A stretch of DNA of 56,090 nt. Origin: Candidatus Omnitrophota bacterium. Its GTDB lineage: Bacteria > Omnitrophota > Gorgyraeia > Aquiviventales > Aquiviventaceae. Position 1 is the first letter of the stretch. Each line of letters starts with the position of its first letter. Position numbers and translations under genes: made by a program. Below the pieces are notes generated by a model. It made no database searches and had not been told where the DNA came from. It worked only from the letters and a program-made list of their open reading frames with translations. Location of the stretch: positions 1 to 56,090 of the forward strand of contig JACQHR010000036.1 of NCBI GenBank assembly GCA_016198905.1. The letters run 5' to 3'. This document shows, piece after piece, positions 17,702 through 26,710 of the stretch.

Positions 17702-18330
17702 TGAGCGCTTCGCGATAGTGATCGACGACCCGCATTCGCGATGGTCGAAAACTGCACGGCTGTTCCCTCAAAGTCCATGGTGATGCCGCCTCGTGCAATC
17801 GCAGTGATGACTCCGCCTCCCACGCGATCGCCAATGTAATAGACCTGCCCCTTGATGAGGACCTGCGGCCGCGGACCGCCCCAAATCAACCCTTCGATGA
17901 TGAGATCTGAGGGAGGCGTGATCTTCGGTTTGGGAGGCTCGGGCGGCGTCAGCTCCTGCGCCGTTTGCACCGGCGCGGAAGGCGGCTCGGGCAGCAGACT
18001 CTCAAACGGGTTGCGAAGATCAATCGCGGTGTAGTTGGGTGCGGCTGCCGGCGAGGCCGAGTCTGAGGAGGCATCTGCAACTTTGAGCTGATACTCCGGA
18101 TCCGAACGTTGCTGGTACGACTGGACCATCTCGCTCAACGGTCTTGACATGTTCACGCCGGCGCCGGCCACGGCGCCGGCCGAAGCGCTCTTCGGCAGCA
18201 GATTCCCCAAGAACGCCATGCCGCGCATCGGCCCGAAAAAGAACACGATGCCAAAGATTCCCAGCAGCGCCATCACCGCGCGCTGCTCAAACTTGGCTTT
18301 TTGCTCGGGATCGCTTGGAATCAACGCCAT
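17692..18330 (-). CDS. PilP-like / GspC-like pilus assembly protein
   Basis: N-terminal TM, RNPF motif, LIIEGLIWG beta domain; lies between pilO and the secretin. Confidence 0.7.
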   Translation of the reverse strand: MALIPSDPEQKAKFEQRAVMALLGIFGIVFFFGPMRGMAFLGNLLPKSASAGAVAGAGVNMSRPLSEMVQSYQQRSDPEYQLKVADASSDSASPAAAPNYTAIDLRNPFESLLPEPPSAPVQTAQELTPPEPPKPKITPPSDLIIEGLIWGGPRPQVLIKGQVYYIGDRVGGGVITAIARGGITMDFEGTAVQFSTIANAGRRSLSRSAQWR

Positions 18331-18348
18331 CACGTCATCCGCTCGTTG

Positions 18349-18867
18349 TCACTGGGTAGCGCGGCTCGGCATGGGCAGATAGAAGCTGCTCACGGCTAAT
18401 CGCACCATCGCCACGCCTTTTTGTCCAGGCATTTCGGAGAGCTCCAACCGATCCACCCGCATGAACGCTTTGCTTTGCTCGAGTTGATCGATGAAGGAAC
18501 CAAGCAGATGATAGGACGCGTTGAATTCGAGATTGACGCCCAGGCGCGTCAGTTGGGGAGAGACTTGGGGAGGATCCTGGGTCATGGTCGTCACCTCAAC
18601 ACCCGCCTGTTGAGCGAGGGCGACCACTTCCCGGGCCAGCCATGAAGAATCGGCTTCGGGTGCCAGTCGTTTGCTGCGCCGCCCCAGATCCTTGAGGAGG
18701 ACGGCGACGTCGCCGCCTGTGTTCTGGTTCGACTGTTCCTGCGCAAGCTGAGCTTCGATCAGGCGCACCGTCTGTTGCTGCGGGACATAACCGTAATTAT
18801 AGCCCACGTATCCGCCCACCGCAATTCCTATTGCACCAAGGAGAAGCATCGATTTCATGTGTTCCAC
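18349..18867 (-). CDS. pilO: type IV pilus assembly protein PilO
   Basis: TM + coiled coil + ASYHLLGSFIDQLE ferredoxin-like core. Confidence 0.82.
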   Translation of the reverse strand: MEHMKSMLLLGAIGIAVGGYVGYNYGYVPQQQTVRLIEAQLAQEQSNQNTGGDVAVLLKDLGRRSKRLAPEADSSWLAREVVALAQQAGVEVTTMTQDPPQVSPQLTRLGVNLEFNASYHLLGSFIDQLEQSKAFMRVDRLELSEMPGQKGVAMVRLAVSSFYLPMPSRATQ

Positions 18868-18876
18868 CCTCCCGTG

Positions 18877-20562
18877 CTACAGGTTCCGATCTGAGTTGCA
18901 ACTGAGCTCAAACGTTCGGTAGCTGTGTTGGCTAAGAGAGTCTTCCGCCGAGTTCTGGTTGAGCTGGGCCGCCGCAAATCCAGAAAAAAACTTCGGGTTG
19001 TGCTTGACCTGTTGTTCGAATTGCTGGATCGCGGTGAGCTCCTTCGAGGCCTCACTTAAGTAGCAGGCCCCGCCGATAACGAGATGCGCCCGGCTGCGTC
19101 CATCCGCATCGAGCATATTATCAAATGAGAGTTTGGTGAGCCACACGCCGTCTGGCATCGACCGCACGAGCGCGTCCAGCTTGGCCGCCACACTCACCCG
19201 ACGATCCATGATGGTCTTGAGGAGTGTGACTTGAGCCTGCGCGCGATTCTGCAGATCCTGCAGCTCCGTGGCACTCATGGCCTCGAGCCCCCACCCGATG
19301 GCGGGCTGTGATCGCTTCGATTGATTCAGCCGCGCCCGCGCCGCGGAAAGCTGCTGGCCTCCGGCGATCCAACAGATCGCCATCACCGTCGCGGCCAGCG
19401 CCGCGCCGACGGTCAGCGCCTTGGGATCGCGAAATGACGCGGAAAATTCAGACGCCGCCGCCGTGGACAGCGCGTGCGCTCGCTGCTGCACGTTGACGGA
19501 CGTAGACTTGGCGGTGATGCGTTTCAAGAAATCCAGCGAGGCGGTACTCGGCTCCTGGATGGCGCGCAGCAATCCCACCGCCGAGGCGAACGACAGCGGA
19601 ATGTTGTCTTGGACCTGAGCCCCTAACAGCGCATTGCCGAGTTCGACGGTACGGTGCAGTTGATCCGCCAGCGCGCGGCACCACGGCCCGACGCGCGTTT
19701 CCTCTCCAATCAGGATGACGCGGGGGATCGTCGTCGAGGGATACTCGCGCATGAAGAAATCCATCGAGACGCTCAGCTCGGTGAGCAGTCGCTCGGCCCG
19801 CCGATCGGTCGCCGACTCGACGGCTTCAGGATGCGCATCCGGCGTGGTCCCTTCCGCTGGTGTCGACGGCGTTGCCGCGTCATCGGACGCGGCGGGCAGC
19901 TCCACGTGCATGAGCAAATTCAAATCTCTCGTCAAATACGGCAGCCCGTTCTTCACAATCGCCAGGTGCGCGGTGTCCTGTTCGATATCGACCAAACACA
20001 CAAACTCATTGGTGGGTTGTTTTCCCCTGCCCGCATCCACGAGGCGCGCGAGGCTCAGGCTCCTTGGCTCAATCAGCGTCGGCTGAATGCCCGCCGCCGT
20101 AAGAACAGTCTGAATGCGCTCAAACGCATCGCGCTGGATCGCCGCGAACACAACGTCAAGCCGGCTGGGGACATCGGAAGGTCGTACGCGGTAATCCCAG
20201 ATGAGTGTCTCCATCTTAAAGGGGATGTATTTGCGCGCCTCGAACTGGACGGCGGCGTCCCATTCCGCCTTCGGCACGACCGGGATCGTGAAGAAACGAA
20301 AGAGGACGTCTTGGGTGGAAATCGACACGGCCAGCCGCTTGGTCTTGACTGCCACCGCCCCCAATGCTTTTTGAATGGCGGTCACGAGGGCTTGATCGTC
20401 GTTGCCCTCCAAGGGCACGCGCACGCGATTCGTGACACTCTTACCTTTCATCGCAAGGAATTCGACTTCGCTTGCGCGAATCACGAGTCCCGCCGCTGCC
20501 CCGCCTCCGCCGCCTGGAAGTGAGAACTTCGGTAACGTCAACTGTGGCAGTGCAAACTTCAT
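18877..20562 (-). CDS. pilM: fused PilM-PilN protein
   Basis: N-part with AVQFEARKYIPF, WDY, LVDIE...HLAIV (PilM); then TM and C-terminal L..SMPDGVWLTKL (PilN). Confidence 0.85.
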   Translation of the reverse strand: MKFALPQLTLPKFSLPGGGGGAAAGLVIRASEVEFLAMKGKSVTNRVRVPLEGNDDQALVTAIQKALGAVAVKTKRLAVSISTQDVLFRFFTIPVVPKAEWDAAVQFEARKYIPFKMETLIWDYRVRPSDVPSRLDVVFAAIQRDAFERIQTVLTAAGIQPTLIEPRSLSLARLVDAGRGKQPTNEFVCLVDIEQDTAHLAIVKNGLPYLTRDLNLLMHVELPAASDDAATPSTPAEGTTPDAHPEAVESATDRRAERLLTELSVSMDFFMREYPSTTIPRVILIGEETRVGPWCRALADQLHRTVELGNALLGAQVQDNIPLSFASAVGLLRAIQEPSTASLDFLKRITAKSTSVNVQQRAHALSTAAASEFSASFRDPKALTVGAALAATVMAICWIAGGQQLSAARARLNQSKRSQPAIGWGLEAMSATELQDLQNRAQAQVTLLKTIMDRRVSVAAKLDALVRSMPDGVWLTKLSFDNMLDADGRSRAHLVIGGACYLSEASKELTAIQQFEQQVKHNPKFFSGFAAAQLNQNSAEDSLSQHSYRTFELSCNSDRNL

Positions 20563-20608
20563 TGGCCTATCCTCCTACTCCTGCGCGTCCCGCCCAACCC
20601 ACGAGTGA

Positions 20609-22426
20609 TCACGGTACGTTACACGTAATCGTGCTATAGCAGACCCATACCGTTGGTGTGACCTGGCCAGCCGAGACACTCGGGGCAACACAAGCTGACG
20701 CACTGACCCAAATTTGCTTCACGCATGTGTCCGTACTTGGAGCAGCCGCGGCAGGCAGCGTCGCCCATTGCGGCCTTCCAGTATCATTGATCAGCACCGT
20801 TGACCCAGTGGTCGCCGTCCCCGAACCCGCGGTCAGGGTCGCGTTGGTTACATCCAACATCCCCCCAGTATCAATCGTGAGCGTCGAACCGGTCTGAATG
20901 GAAATGCCCCCTCCGTTGAAGATCGCATTCCCTGCTTTCGACAGCACATTAAAACCGCCACTACTATCTGCATCTAGAGTATTCACAAGCCCGATAGCCT
21001 GGAGGTGGCACACTCCCGCACCAGTACACTCTGCTCCTGCCTTGGCACCGCCGGACATAGTGCCAACACCTAAGTTACCGCCTCCACCCCCGACATAGCT
21101 TGTGCTACTTCCATCCGTAGCCGTGAGATCACGACCTTGGACAAGGTTGATCGTGCTGCTCACGACTAAGGGCGAGGCTCCTCCATCGTTTCCAATCGCG
21201 CCTCGAAAATCTGACGTGCCGGTGACTTTCAAGTTGCCATTGATGGTCAGATTGCCCACCAACTCATCCAGTGTCAGTTTGTGCAGCTTCGAGTCTTGGT
21301 CTGGGTCTACGAGGTACGCTGCGGCATCCAAATCCACAAATCGCTTCCCTTTCACATCGCGGTGGGCAATGACATCTAGTGTGGCGTCGATGGATCCGAC
21401 GGTCTGAATGCTCGTATCCAAACGAGCCGCTGACGGGGTGATGACAGAAATAAAGTCCTCCGCCGTGACGCTCTTAAACTTCGCATCCCCTGTCACCTCG
21501 AGACCCCCAATCACTTTTGTATTGCCTGTGATCTCGGCCCCACGGCCCACCGTCAGCTTCCCATGAATGATCACATCATTGGTCGCTTCAAGGCTGGTCG
21601 GACTACCATTGAGGATGAGTTTCTCATCCAGCGTCACATCTTTATGAAACTCTGCCTTGCCCAGCACATCTAACACAGTCGTGTTGGCATTCGCCGCCGT
21701 GCCGATGGTTGTTTTCTCCTTGAGAGCGGTTTGGCCCATGACATCCAGGACCACGGTGCTGGCATTCGCCGCCGTACCGACGGTCGTCAGGTCCTTCAGA
21801 TTGCTTTTGCCATTCACGTCTAAGACGAGGTTGGTGTTACCCGCGAGACCGACGGTCGTCTTCTGCTCAAGTTTGGTCTCGCCGTTGGTCACCAAGAGTC
21901 CAGGGTTCGCCGCTCCTGTCCCAGTCACTTTCAACACCTGCGCGCCGGACACGCTGCTCGCGATTTCGGTGGCGTCATCGAGGAGTGTTTTGCCAAAGCG
22001 CACATGGAGCGCCTTGTTTGTCGCTGCGATGGCTTGAACGTACAATGGGGCATCTGCCGCAGCAAACGCGACACCCGACGCATGATTCTCGATGACTGCG
22101 GTGCGATTGAGCGTCGTCGGCCCATCAATGGTTAGTGCCACATAAGTCACCCCGCCAATCGGGGTTCCCTTCACCCACAGACTGCCTGTGATGGTAAGAT
22201 TGCCCAGGTTGTTTTGCGTATTGACGTCGAGTTTATCCAGCTTCGTCTGGTCATTGGGGTCAACCTTGTAGATTGTGTTATCGTAATCCTCCGCCTTCCT
22301 GAACTGGAGATCGTCATAGACTCCTCGTGGAGACGGGTAATACGTGGTGACGGTGACATCTTCGGCCCACGCCGCCCCTGCCACCACCATCATCCCCACG
22401 ACACCCCACATTCGCCAGGTCTTCAT
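20609..22426 (-). CDS. secreted beta-rich fibre-like protein, paralog 1 (EDVTVTTYYPSPRG family), putative pilus adhesin
   Basis: signal peptide ending AAWA|EDV; Gly/Thr/Val-rich beta repeats; 25-aa internal repeat; Cys-rich C-terminus. Confidence 0.75.
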   Translation of the reverse strand: MKTWRMWGVVGMMVVAGAAWAEDVTVTTYYPSPRGVYDDLQFRKAEDYDNTIYKVDPNDQTKLDKLDVNTQNNLGNLTITGSLWVKGTPIGGVTYVALTIDGPTTLNRTAVIENHASGVAFAAADAPLYVQAIAATNKALHVRFGKTLLDDATEIASSVSGAQVLKVTGTGAANPGLLVTNGETKLEQKTTVGLAGNTNLVLDVNGKSNLKDLTTVGTAANASTVVLDVMGQTALKEKTTIGTAANANTTVLDVLGKAEFHKDVTLDEKLILNGSPTSLEATNDVIIHGKLTVGRGAEITGNTKVIGGLEVTGDAKFKSVTAEDFISVITPSAARLDTSIQTVGSIDATLDVIAHRDVKGKRFVDLDAAAYLVDPDQDSKLHKLTLDELVGNLTINGNLKVTGTSDFRGAIGNDGGASPLVVSSTINLVQGRDLTATDGSSTSYVGGGGGNLGVGTMSGGAKAGAECTGAGVCHLQAIGLVNTLDADSSGGFNVLSKAGNAIFNGGGISIQTGSTLTIDTGGMLDVTNATLTAGSGTATTGSTVLINDTGRPQWATLPAAAAPSTDTCVKQIWVSASACVAPSVSAGQVTPTVWVCYSTITCNVP

Positions 22427-22448
22427 AGGAGTCACCGCCTCCTTCTTA

Positions 22449-22501
22449 CCCTCCAGCGGCACGCGCACGCGATTCGTCCACGATGGCAATCGCAGTCTCA
22501 T
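22449..22501 (-). pseudogene. relic of the pilM 5' end at the duplication junction
   Basis: 22449-22477 matches pilM 20405-20433 at 27/29 nt (TNRVRVPLEG). Confidence 0.7.
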
Positions 22502-22521
22502 TCAACACTCCACGGTTAAGG

Positions 22522-24474
22522 TCACGGGCTGAGCGTCAACAGGCAACAGGTCACACCGACTTTATGGTTGTTGTTGTCCCCGCTGCAGGTCGATGGGTTG
22601 CTCCACGTCACCGCGGTGACAACCTCGCCCCCTGCGCAACTCAGAGTTCCGTTACATGAGGGAAGAATGGTATAGCAGTTGCTGAATGTCAGCGTCGCAG
22701 ATGCGGCAGGCAGCGTCTGCCATTCCGCCTTGCTGCCATTTTGTGCAAGCACCTTCGCATTAGCGGCTGCTGTTGTACCCGGATCACCGGCCGTGAAGTT
22801 ACCATTGATGATGTTAAGCGTACTGCCGGTGTCGAATGTTGCACTCCCTCCTGTCGCCGTAAAATTAACGCCACCAGCGCTATCGAAATCCACGCTACCG
22901 CCGCCCCCACCCACCTGCAAATGGCATAGTACGCCACTACATTCAGCTCCTGCATAGGCACCGCCGGATATAGTGCCAATACCTAAGTGACCGCCACCGC
23001 CCCCGACAAAGCTTGTGCTACTTCCATCCGTAGCCACGAGATCATGACCTTGGACAAGGTTGATCGTGCTGCTCACGACTAAGGGCGAGGCTCCTCCATT
23101 GTTTCCAATCGCGCCTCGAAAATCTGAGGTGCCCGTGACGAGCAGGTCGTCATCTACCTTGACGGGAGTATTAGGGGTGCTGTTCCAAATCTTGCCTTTT
23201 ACATCCAGGTCATTCACCGTAAAATTTCCGGTGATTTCGAGATTGTTCAGCTTCGAGTCGCCGAATGGATCAACCAGAAACGTGGGATCATCAAGATCGA
23301 TGAACTGCTTGGCGGTCACATTGCCCTGCGCCACGATGCTCCCAATGGTCTGAATGCTCGTACTCAAACTTGTGGACGGCCCCACGAGGTTCACGTAGTC
23401 CTCCACCGTCAGGTTCTTAAAGTGCGCATCTCCTGTCACCGTGAGCTTCCCTAACTCCGTGTCGCCTACTACCTTGAGCCTTGCATTCAATTGTGTATCG
23501 CCGTCCACCTTCAGCTTCCCATGAATGAGCACATCATTGGTCGCTTCAAGGCTAGTTGGATTCCCATTGAGGACGAGTTTTTTATCTAACGTGACATCAT
23601 CATGAAATGCCGACTTGCCATTCACGTCCAACACGAGGCTGGAGTTATTCAGGGGACCGATGGTCGTCAGGTCCTTCAGATTGCTTTTGCCATACACCTC
23701 TAACATGAGGTTGGTGCTACCAGTGGTCGGACCGACGGTCGTCTTCTGCTCAAGTTTGGTCTCTCCGTTGGTCACCAGCAACCCGGTGCTGGCCGCACCT
23801 CCACCAGTGACCTTGAGGACTTCAGTCGCTGTGGCGTTCGTTGTCTTGTCAACCGTCGCGGCCCCGGTGATTTTCGTGAGGCCCGCGCCGATGTCGGCGG
23901 CGGTCTGGCCTGCCCCGCTGCCGATTACCTTCAGAGCCACGGTTCCCCCGCCGCTGCCAGTGACTTTGAGGACCTCAGTCGCTGAAGCATTGGTTGTCTT
24001 GTCGACCGTGGCGGCGCCGGTGATCTTGGTCAGGCCCGCGCCGATGTCGGCGGCAGTAGCGCCCGCACCGCTGCCGGTAACCTTCAAGGCTTGTGTCGCA
24101 GCAGCATTCGTCGATTTGTCGATGACCGCGCTTCCGGCCAGCGTCGTGGTCGCGTTTACCACCTTCAACCCTAACCCATACGGGAACGCAGGGACTGTGG
24201 GTTGGCTTTGGACATAGACGCTGCCGGTGATCTTGAGATTCCCTAAGTTGTTGATCGTCGTGACGTCGAGGATGTTCAACTTGCTCGTTTGATCCGGATC
24301 CACCTTGAAGACTGTGTTATCGTAATCTTCCCCTTTCCTGAACTGGATGTCATCGAACACGCCTCGTGGAGATGGATAGTACGTGGTGATCGTGACATCC
24401 TCGGCCCACGCCGCCCCCGCAACCACCATCACGCTCACGATCCCCCACATGCGCCAAGTCTTCATGAGGGTCAT
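22522..24474 (-). CDS. secreted beta-rich fibre-like protein, paralog 2 (EDVTITTYYPSPRG family), putative pilus adhesin
   Basis: same signal peptide and N-terminal motif; 51-aa (153-bp) internal repeat; six-Cys C-terminal domain. Confidence 0.78.
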   Translation of the reverse strand: MTLMKTWRMWGIVSVMVVAGAAWAEDVTITTYYPSPRGVFDDIQFRKGEDYDNTVFKVDPDQTSKLNILDVTTINNLGNLKITGSVYVQSQPTVPAFPYGLGLKVVNATTTLAGSAVIDKSTNAAATQALKVTGSGAGATAADIGAGLTKITGAATVDKTTNASATEVLKVTGSGGGTVALKVIGSGAGQTAADIGAGLTKITGAATVDKTTNATATEVLKVTGGGAASTGLLVTNGETKLEQKTTVGPTTGSTNLMLEVYGKSNLKDLTTIGPLNNSSLVLDVNGKSAFHDDVTLDKKLVLNGNPTSLEATNDVLIHGKLKVDGDTQLNARLKVVGDTELGKLTVTGDAHFKNLTVEDYVNLVGPSTSLSTSIQTIGSIVAQGNVTAKQFIDLDDPTFLVDPFGDSKLNNLEITGNFTVNDLDVKGKIWNSTPNTPVKVDDDLLVTGTSDFRGAIGNNGGASPLVVSSTINLVQGHDLVATDGSSTSFVGGGGGHLGIGTISGGAYAGAECSGVLCHLQVGGGGGSVDFDSAGGVNFTATGGSATFDTGSTLNIINGNFTAGDPGTTAAANAKVLAQNGSKAEWQTLPAASATLTFSNCYTILPSCNGTLSCAGGEVVTAVTWSNPSTCSGDNNNHKVGVTCCLLTLSP

Positions 24475-24974
24475 CGCCTCCCTTGGGCTGTGAGCGGGGC
24501 CTGTGTCCCGCTGTCGTCAAACCAGATGCTGTTGAGTTCCACGTTGTTCGCCTCGTTCGTCTCGTGCACGTCGTTGCCGGTATCCACCTTCAGGGTCATG
24601 CTGTGCAATCCGTTGGCCATCGTCATCGGCCGCATGAAGAGGAGCTTCACCGAGTGCTCGGCATTGGCTGGAACCGACTCGTCCACTCGTTGCCGGCCCA
24701 GGAGTCGGTCATCGAGCCACAGCTCGACGTCGAAACTGTTGCGCACTACCCGGTCTCCTCTGTTCTGCATAAAGACAAAGACCTTTGGAGGCTCGACCGC
24801 CGAAGGGACGATGCCCGCGGGCACGAGATCGACCCCGGAGGGCTGTGTTGGGGGCCTTGCGGTGCCATACTCCTCCGCCGCGATGCGCAACTGTCCGCTC
24901 AACAAGATAAGACCGATCACCGCGCAACTGGCACTGACCTGTCCCCATCGATATCGCATCTGTCCGCTCCTCAT
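24471..24974 (-). CDS. secreted CARDB-domain protein
   Basis: DLVP...NRG...F.V.LWLD...G.H...LKVDTGNDVHETNEANN; ATGA overlaps with both neighbours. Confidence 0.8.
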   Translation of the reverse strand: MRSGQMRYRWGQVSASCAVIGLILLSGQLRIAAEEYGTARPPTQPSGVDLVPAGIVPSAVEPPKVFVFMQNRGDRVVRNSFDVELWLDDRLLGRQRVDESVPANAEHSVKLLFMRPMTMANGLHSMTLKVDTGNDVHETNEANNVELNSIWFDDSGTQAPLTAQGRR

Positions 24975-25660
24975 GGGCACGACGCAGGGTTCGGGGCGAC
25001 GGTGTCCCCCGTGAGTCCGACCAGCAGTTTCGTATAGGCCGTGGAACCCAATCTTGTCTCTCCACGAATGGTAATGTACCCTCCAGGAGTTTTTGGATCC
25101 GGCGTTGTGATTTCGATTTTCAGCATGTTATTGTCCTCAGGAGGAGCCAGATGCGTCCCGATCGGGTCGCCTCCCAACGCCGCCGGCGACTCATCCATGT
25201 ACCGGAGCACCAATCCTGTGATCCCGAAAGCGATCTTGCTCGTGACAGGAGGACAGGGCCCTCCAATTGGAATGTTGTCGTAGAAGAGCACTTGATTGAG
25301 CAGAGGCCCGGTGTGGCTGTACTGTCTCCACGTATAATTGTTCACGTTGCCGGCAGTCCCTGCACTCGTCACGCTGGTGGGGACACGGAACATCACCTTG
25401 GCATATGGCGCTGCGGGCGGATTGTTCCCACGTTCGACTAAGACGACGCGGTCGGCATTTTTGAGCTGTTTGAGCATATGGTTCATGGCGTAGACCGCTT
25501 CCATATATTGGGTGGCGCGCCCGCGCGCTTGCTCAGCCAGAAGCACGCGCGTCACATCGGTTTGGCCTACCACGAGGATCACGATGAATCCAATCGCTGA
25601 GGCGATCAGCAGCTCGGTCATCGTGAATCCATGACGCGCAAAGGGCTTAGTTCGGCTCAT
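24971..25660 (-). CDS. minor pilin, PilW-like
   Basis: RHG|FTMTELLIASAI class III signal. Confidence 0.8.
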   Translation of the reverse strand: MSRTKPFARHGFTMTELLIASAIGFIVILVVGQTDVTRVLLAEQARGRATQYMEAVYAMNHMLKQLKNADRVVLVERGNNPPAAPYAKVMFRVPTSVTSAGTAGNVNNYTWRQYSHTGPLLNQVLFYDNIPIGGPCPPVTSKIAFGITGLVLRYMDESPAALGGDPIGTHLAPPEDNNMLKIEITTPDPKTPGGYITIRGETRLGSTAYTKLLVGLTGDTVAPNPASCP

Positions 25661-26189
25661 TCCACGTCACCGTTCCGCTCACGATGTAGTAGTCCGGCTT
25701 GCCATCCCCGTCAAGGTCAGGCCCGCTCTTGACCTCATATGTCCGCCCTGTCCCGCTATACCCCAAAATGGATGGCACGATACCGCCCGGCAGCGGCTCA
25801 GGTCTTGATCCGGCGTCAATCGGAGAAGTCGCCGGGTTTAGCGCCGCGCCTGTCGTATCAGGTTTGCACGAGTCAGTTGGCACAAGTATTGATACTGGTA
25901 GAAACCAGGCATCACCGCCTGTCTCTGCTGCCCGACGACACGCGATCTTGTTGCGCTTGTCTTCCAAGGTCTGGGTCACGTAGGTGACCGCCTCAGCTTT
26001 GCCGATCGAGCGTCCTGAGAGCCGGGCCGCCATCCCGAAGGCCATCATCGTCCCAGCGGCCACCAACGTGCCGATCACAAGCGCGAGCATGACTTCGACT
26101 AACGTCATGCCAGCCTCGAGGCGCGCGGCAACCATATAGCCGTCCTTATTCGACATTCGAGAGAGGTCTCGATTCATTAGTATTGCCAC
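25647..26189 (-). CDS. minor pilin, PilV-like (start uncertain)
   Basis: AG|MTLVEVMLALVIG signal; C-terminal V.GTVTW. Confidence 0.78.
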   Translation of the reverse strand: MAILMNRDLSRMSNKDGYMVAARLEAGMTLVEVMLALVIGTLVAAGTMMAFGMAARLSGRSIGKAEAVTYVTQTLEDKRNKIACRRAAETGGDAWFLPVSILVPTDSCKPDTTGAALNPATSPIDAGSRPEPLPGGIVPSILGYSGTGRTYEVKSGPDLDGDGKPDYYIVSGTVTWNEPN

Positions 26190-26710
26190 TTATCGAATCC
26201 AGATCCCGCACAGGCTGTAAACGGTGCGACGGTTGGGTTACCGTTATGGCACCATCCACGGTTAGCATCGATCGTCATCGCTGGATCATGTGCCGCCGAT
26301 CTGCTTCGGTCAGCGGTCGCGGTAAAACCAGTATCCCCGAATGCTACCAGTGGCGGACCAACACTAAAATCAATCGGGATGGAACCGAGATTCGGGTTAT
26401 CCATCTTGATCATCCGCCAATCCGAATTGGGACTGAATTTGGTCAGCCCCGTCTTCCACGTCCCGTTGTTAAACTGGTAGTTTCGCTCGCCGGTGTAAAT
26501 AGTCAGGAGAATGTCCTGAGCCGATTGCCAATATCCTCGCCTGATCGTCTTGATGTAGCTGGGAATCGCCATGCTCGCGAGAATGCCGACAATCACCACG
26601 GCCATCATCACTTCAGTTAGGGTAAACCCGCGCACACTTCGACGATAACGATTCGCCCGCTTCCCCATGCCCAACCAGCGCATTATCCCAATCATGCATT
26701 CCCACATCAT
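26177..26710 (-). CDS. minor pilin, PilE-like
   Basis: RG|FTLTEVMMAVVIVGILASMAIPSY; FTATA motif. Confidence 0.85.
   Translation of the reverse strand: MMWECMIGIMRWLGMGKRANRYRRSVRGFTLTEVMMAVVIVGILASMAIPSYIKTIRRGYWQSAQDILLTIYTGERNYQFNNGTWKTGLTKFSPNSDWRMIKMDNPNLGSIPIDFSVGPPLVAFGDTGFTATADRSRSAAHDPAMTIDANRGWCHNGNPTVAPFTACAGSGFDKWQY

Noticed and set aside
20609-24474. Shufflon or diversity-generating retroelement behind the fibre variation
   Set aside because: No Rci-like recombinase, inverted cassettes, sfx-like repeats or reverse transcriptase; differences between paralogs are not adenine-specific
20609-24474. Prophage remnant (tail-fibre-like genes)
   Set aside because: Both genes have Sec signal peptides, lie within the pil operon (paralog 2 is ATGA-coupled to the CARDB gene) and have no phage neighbours
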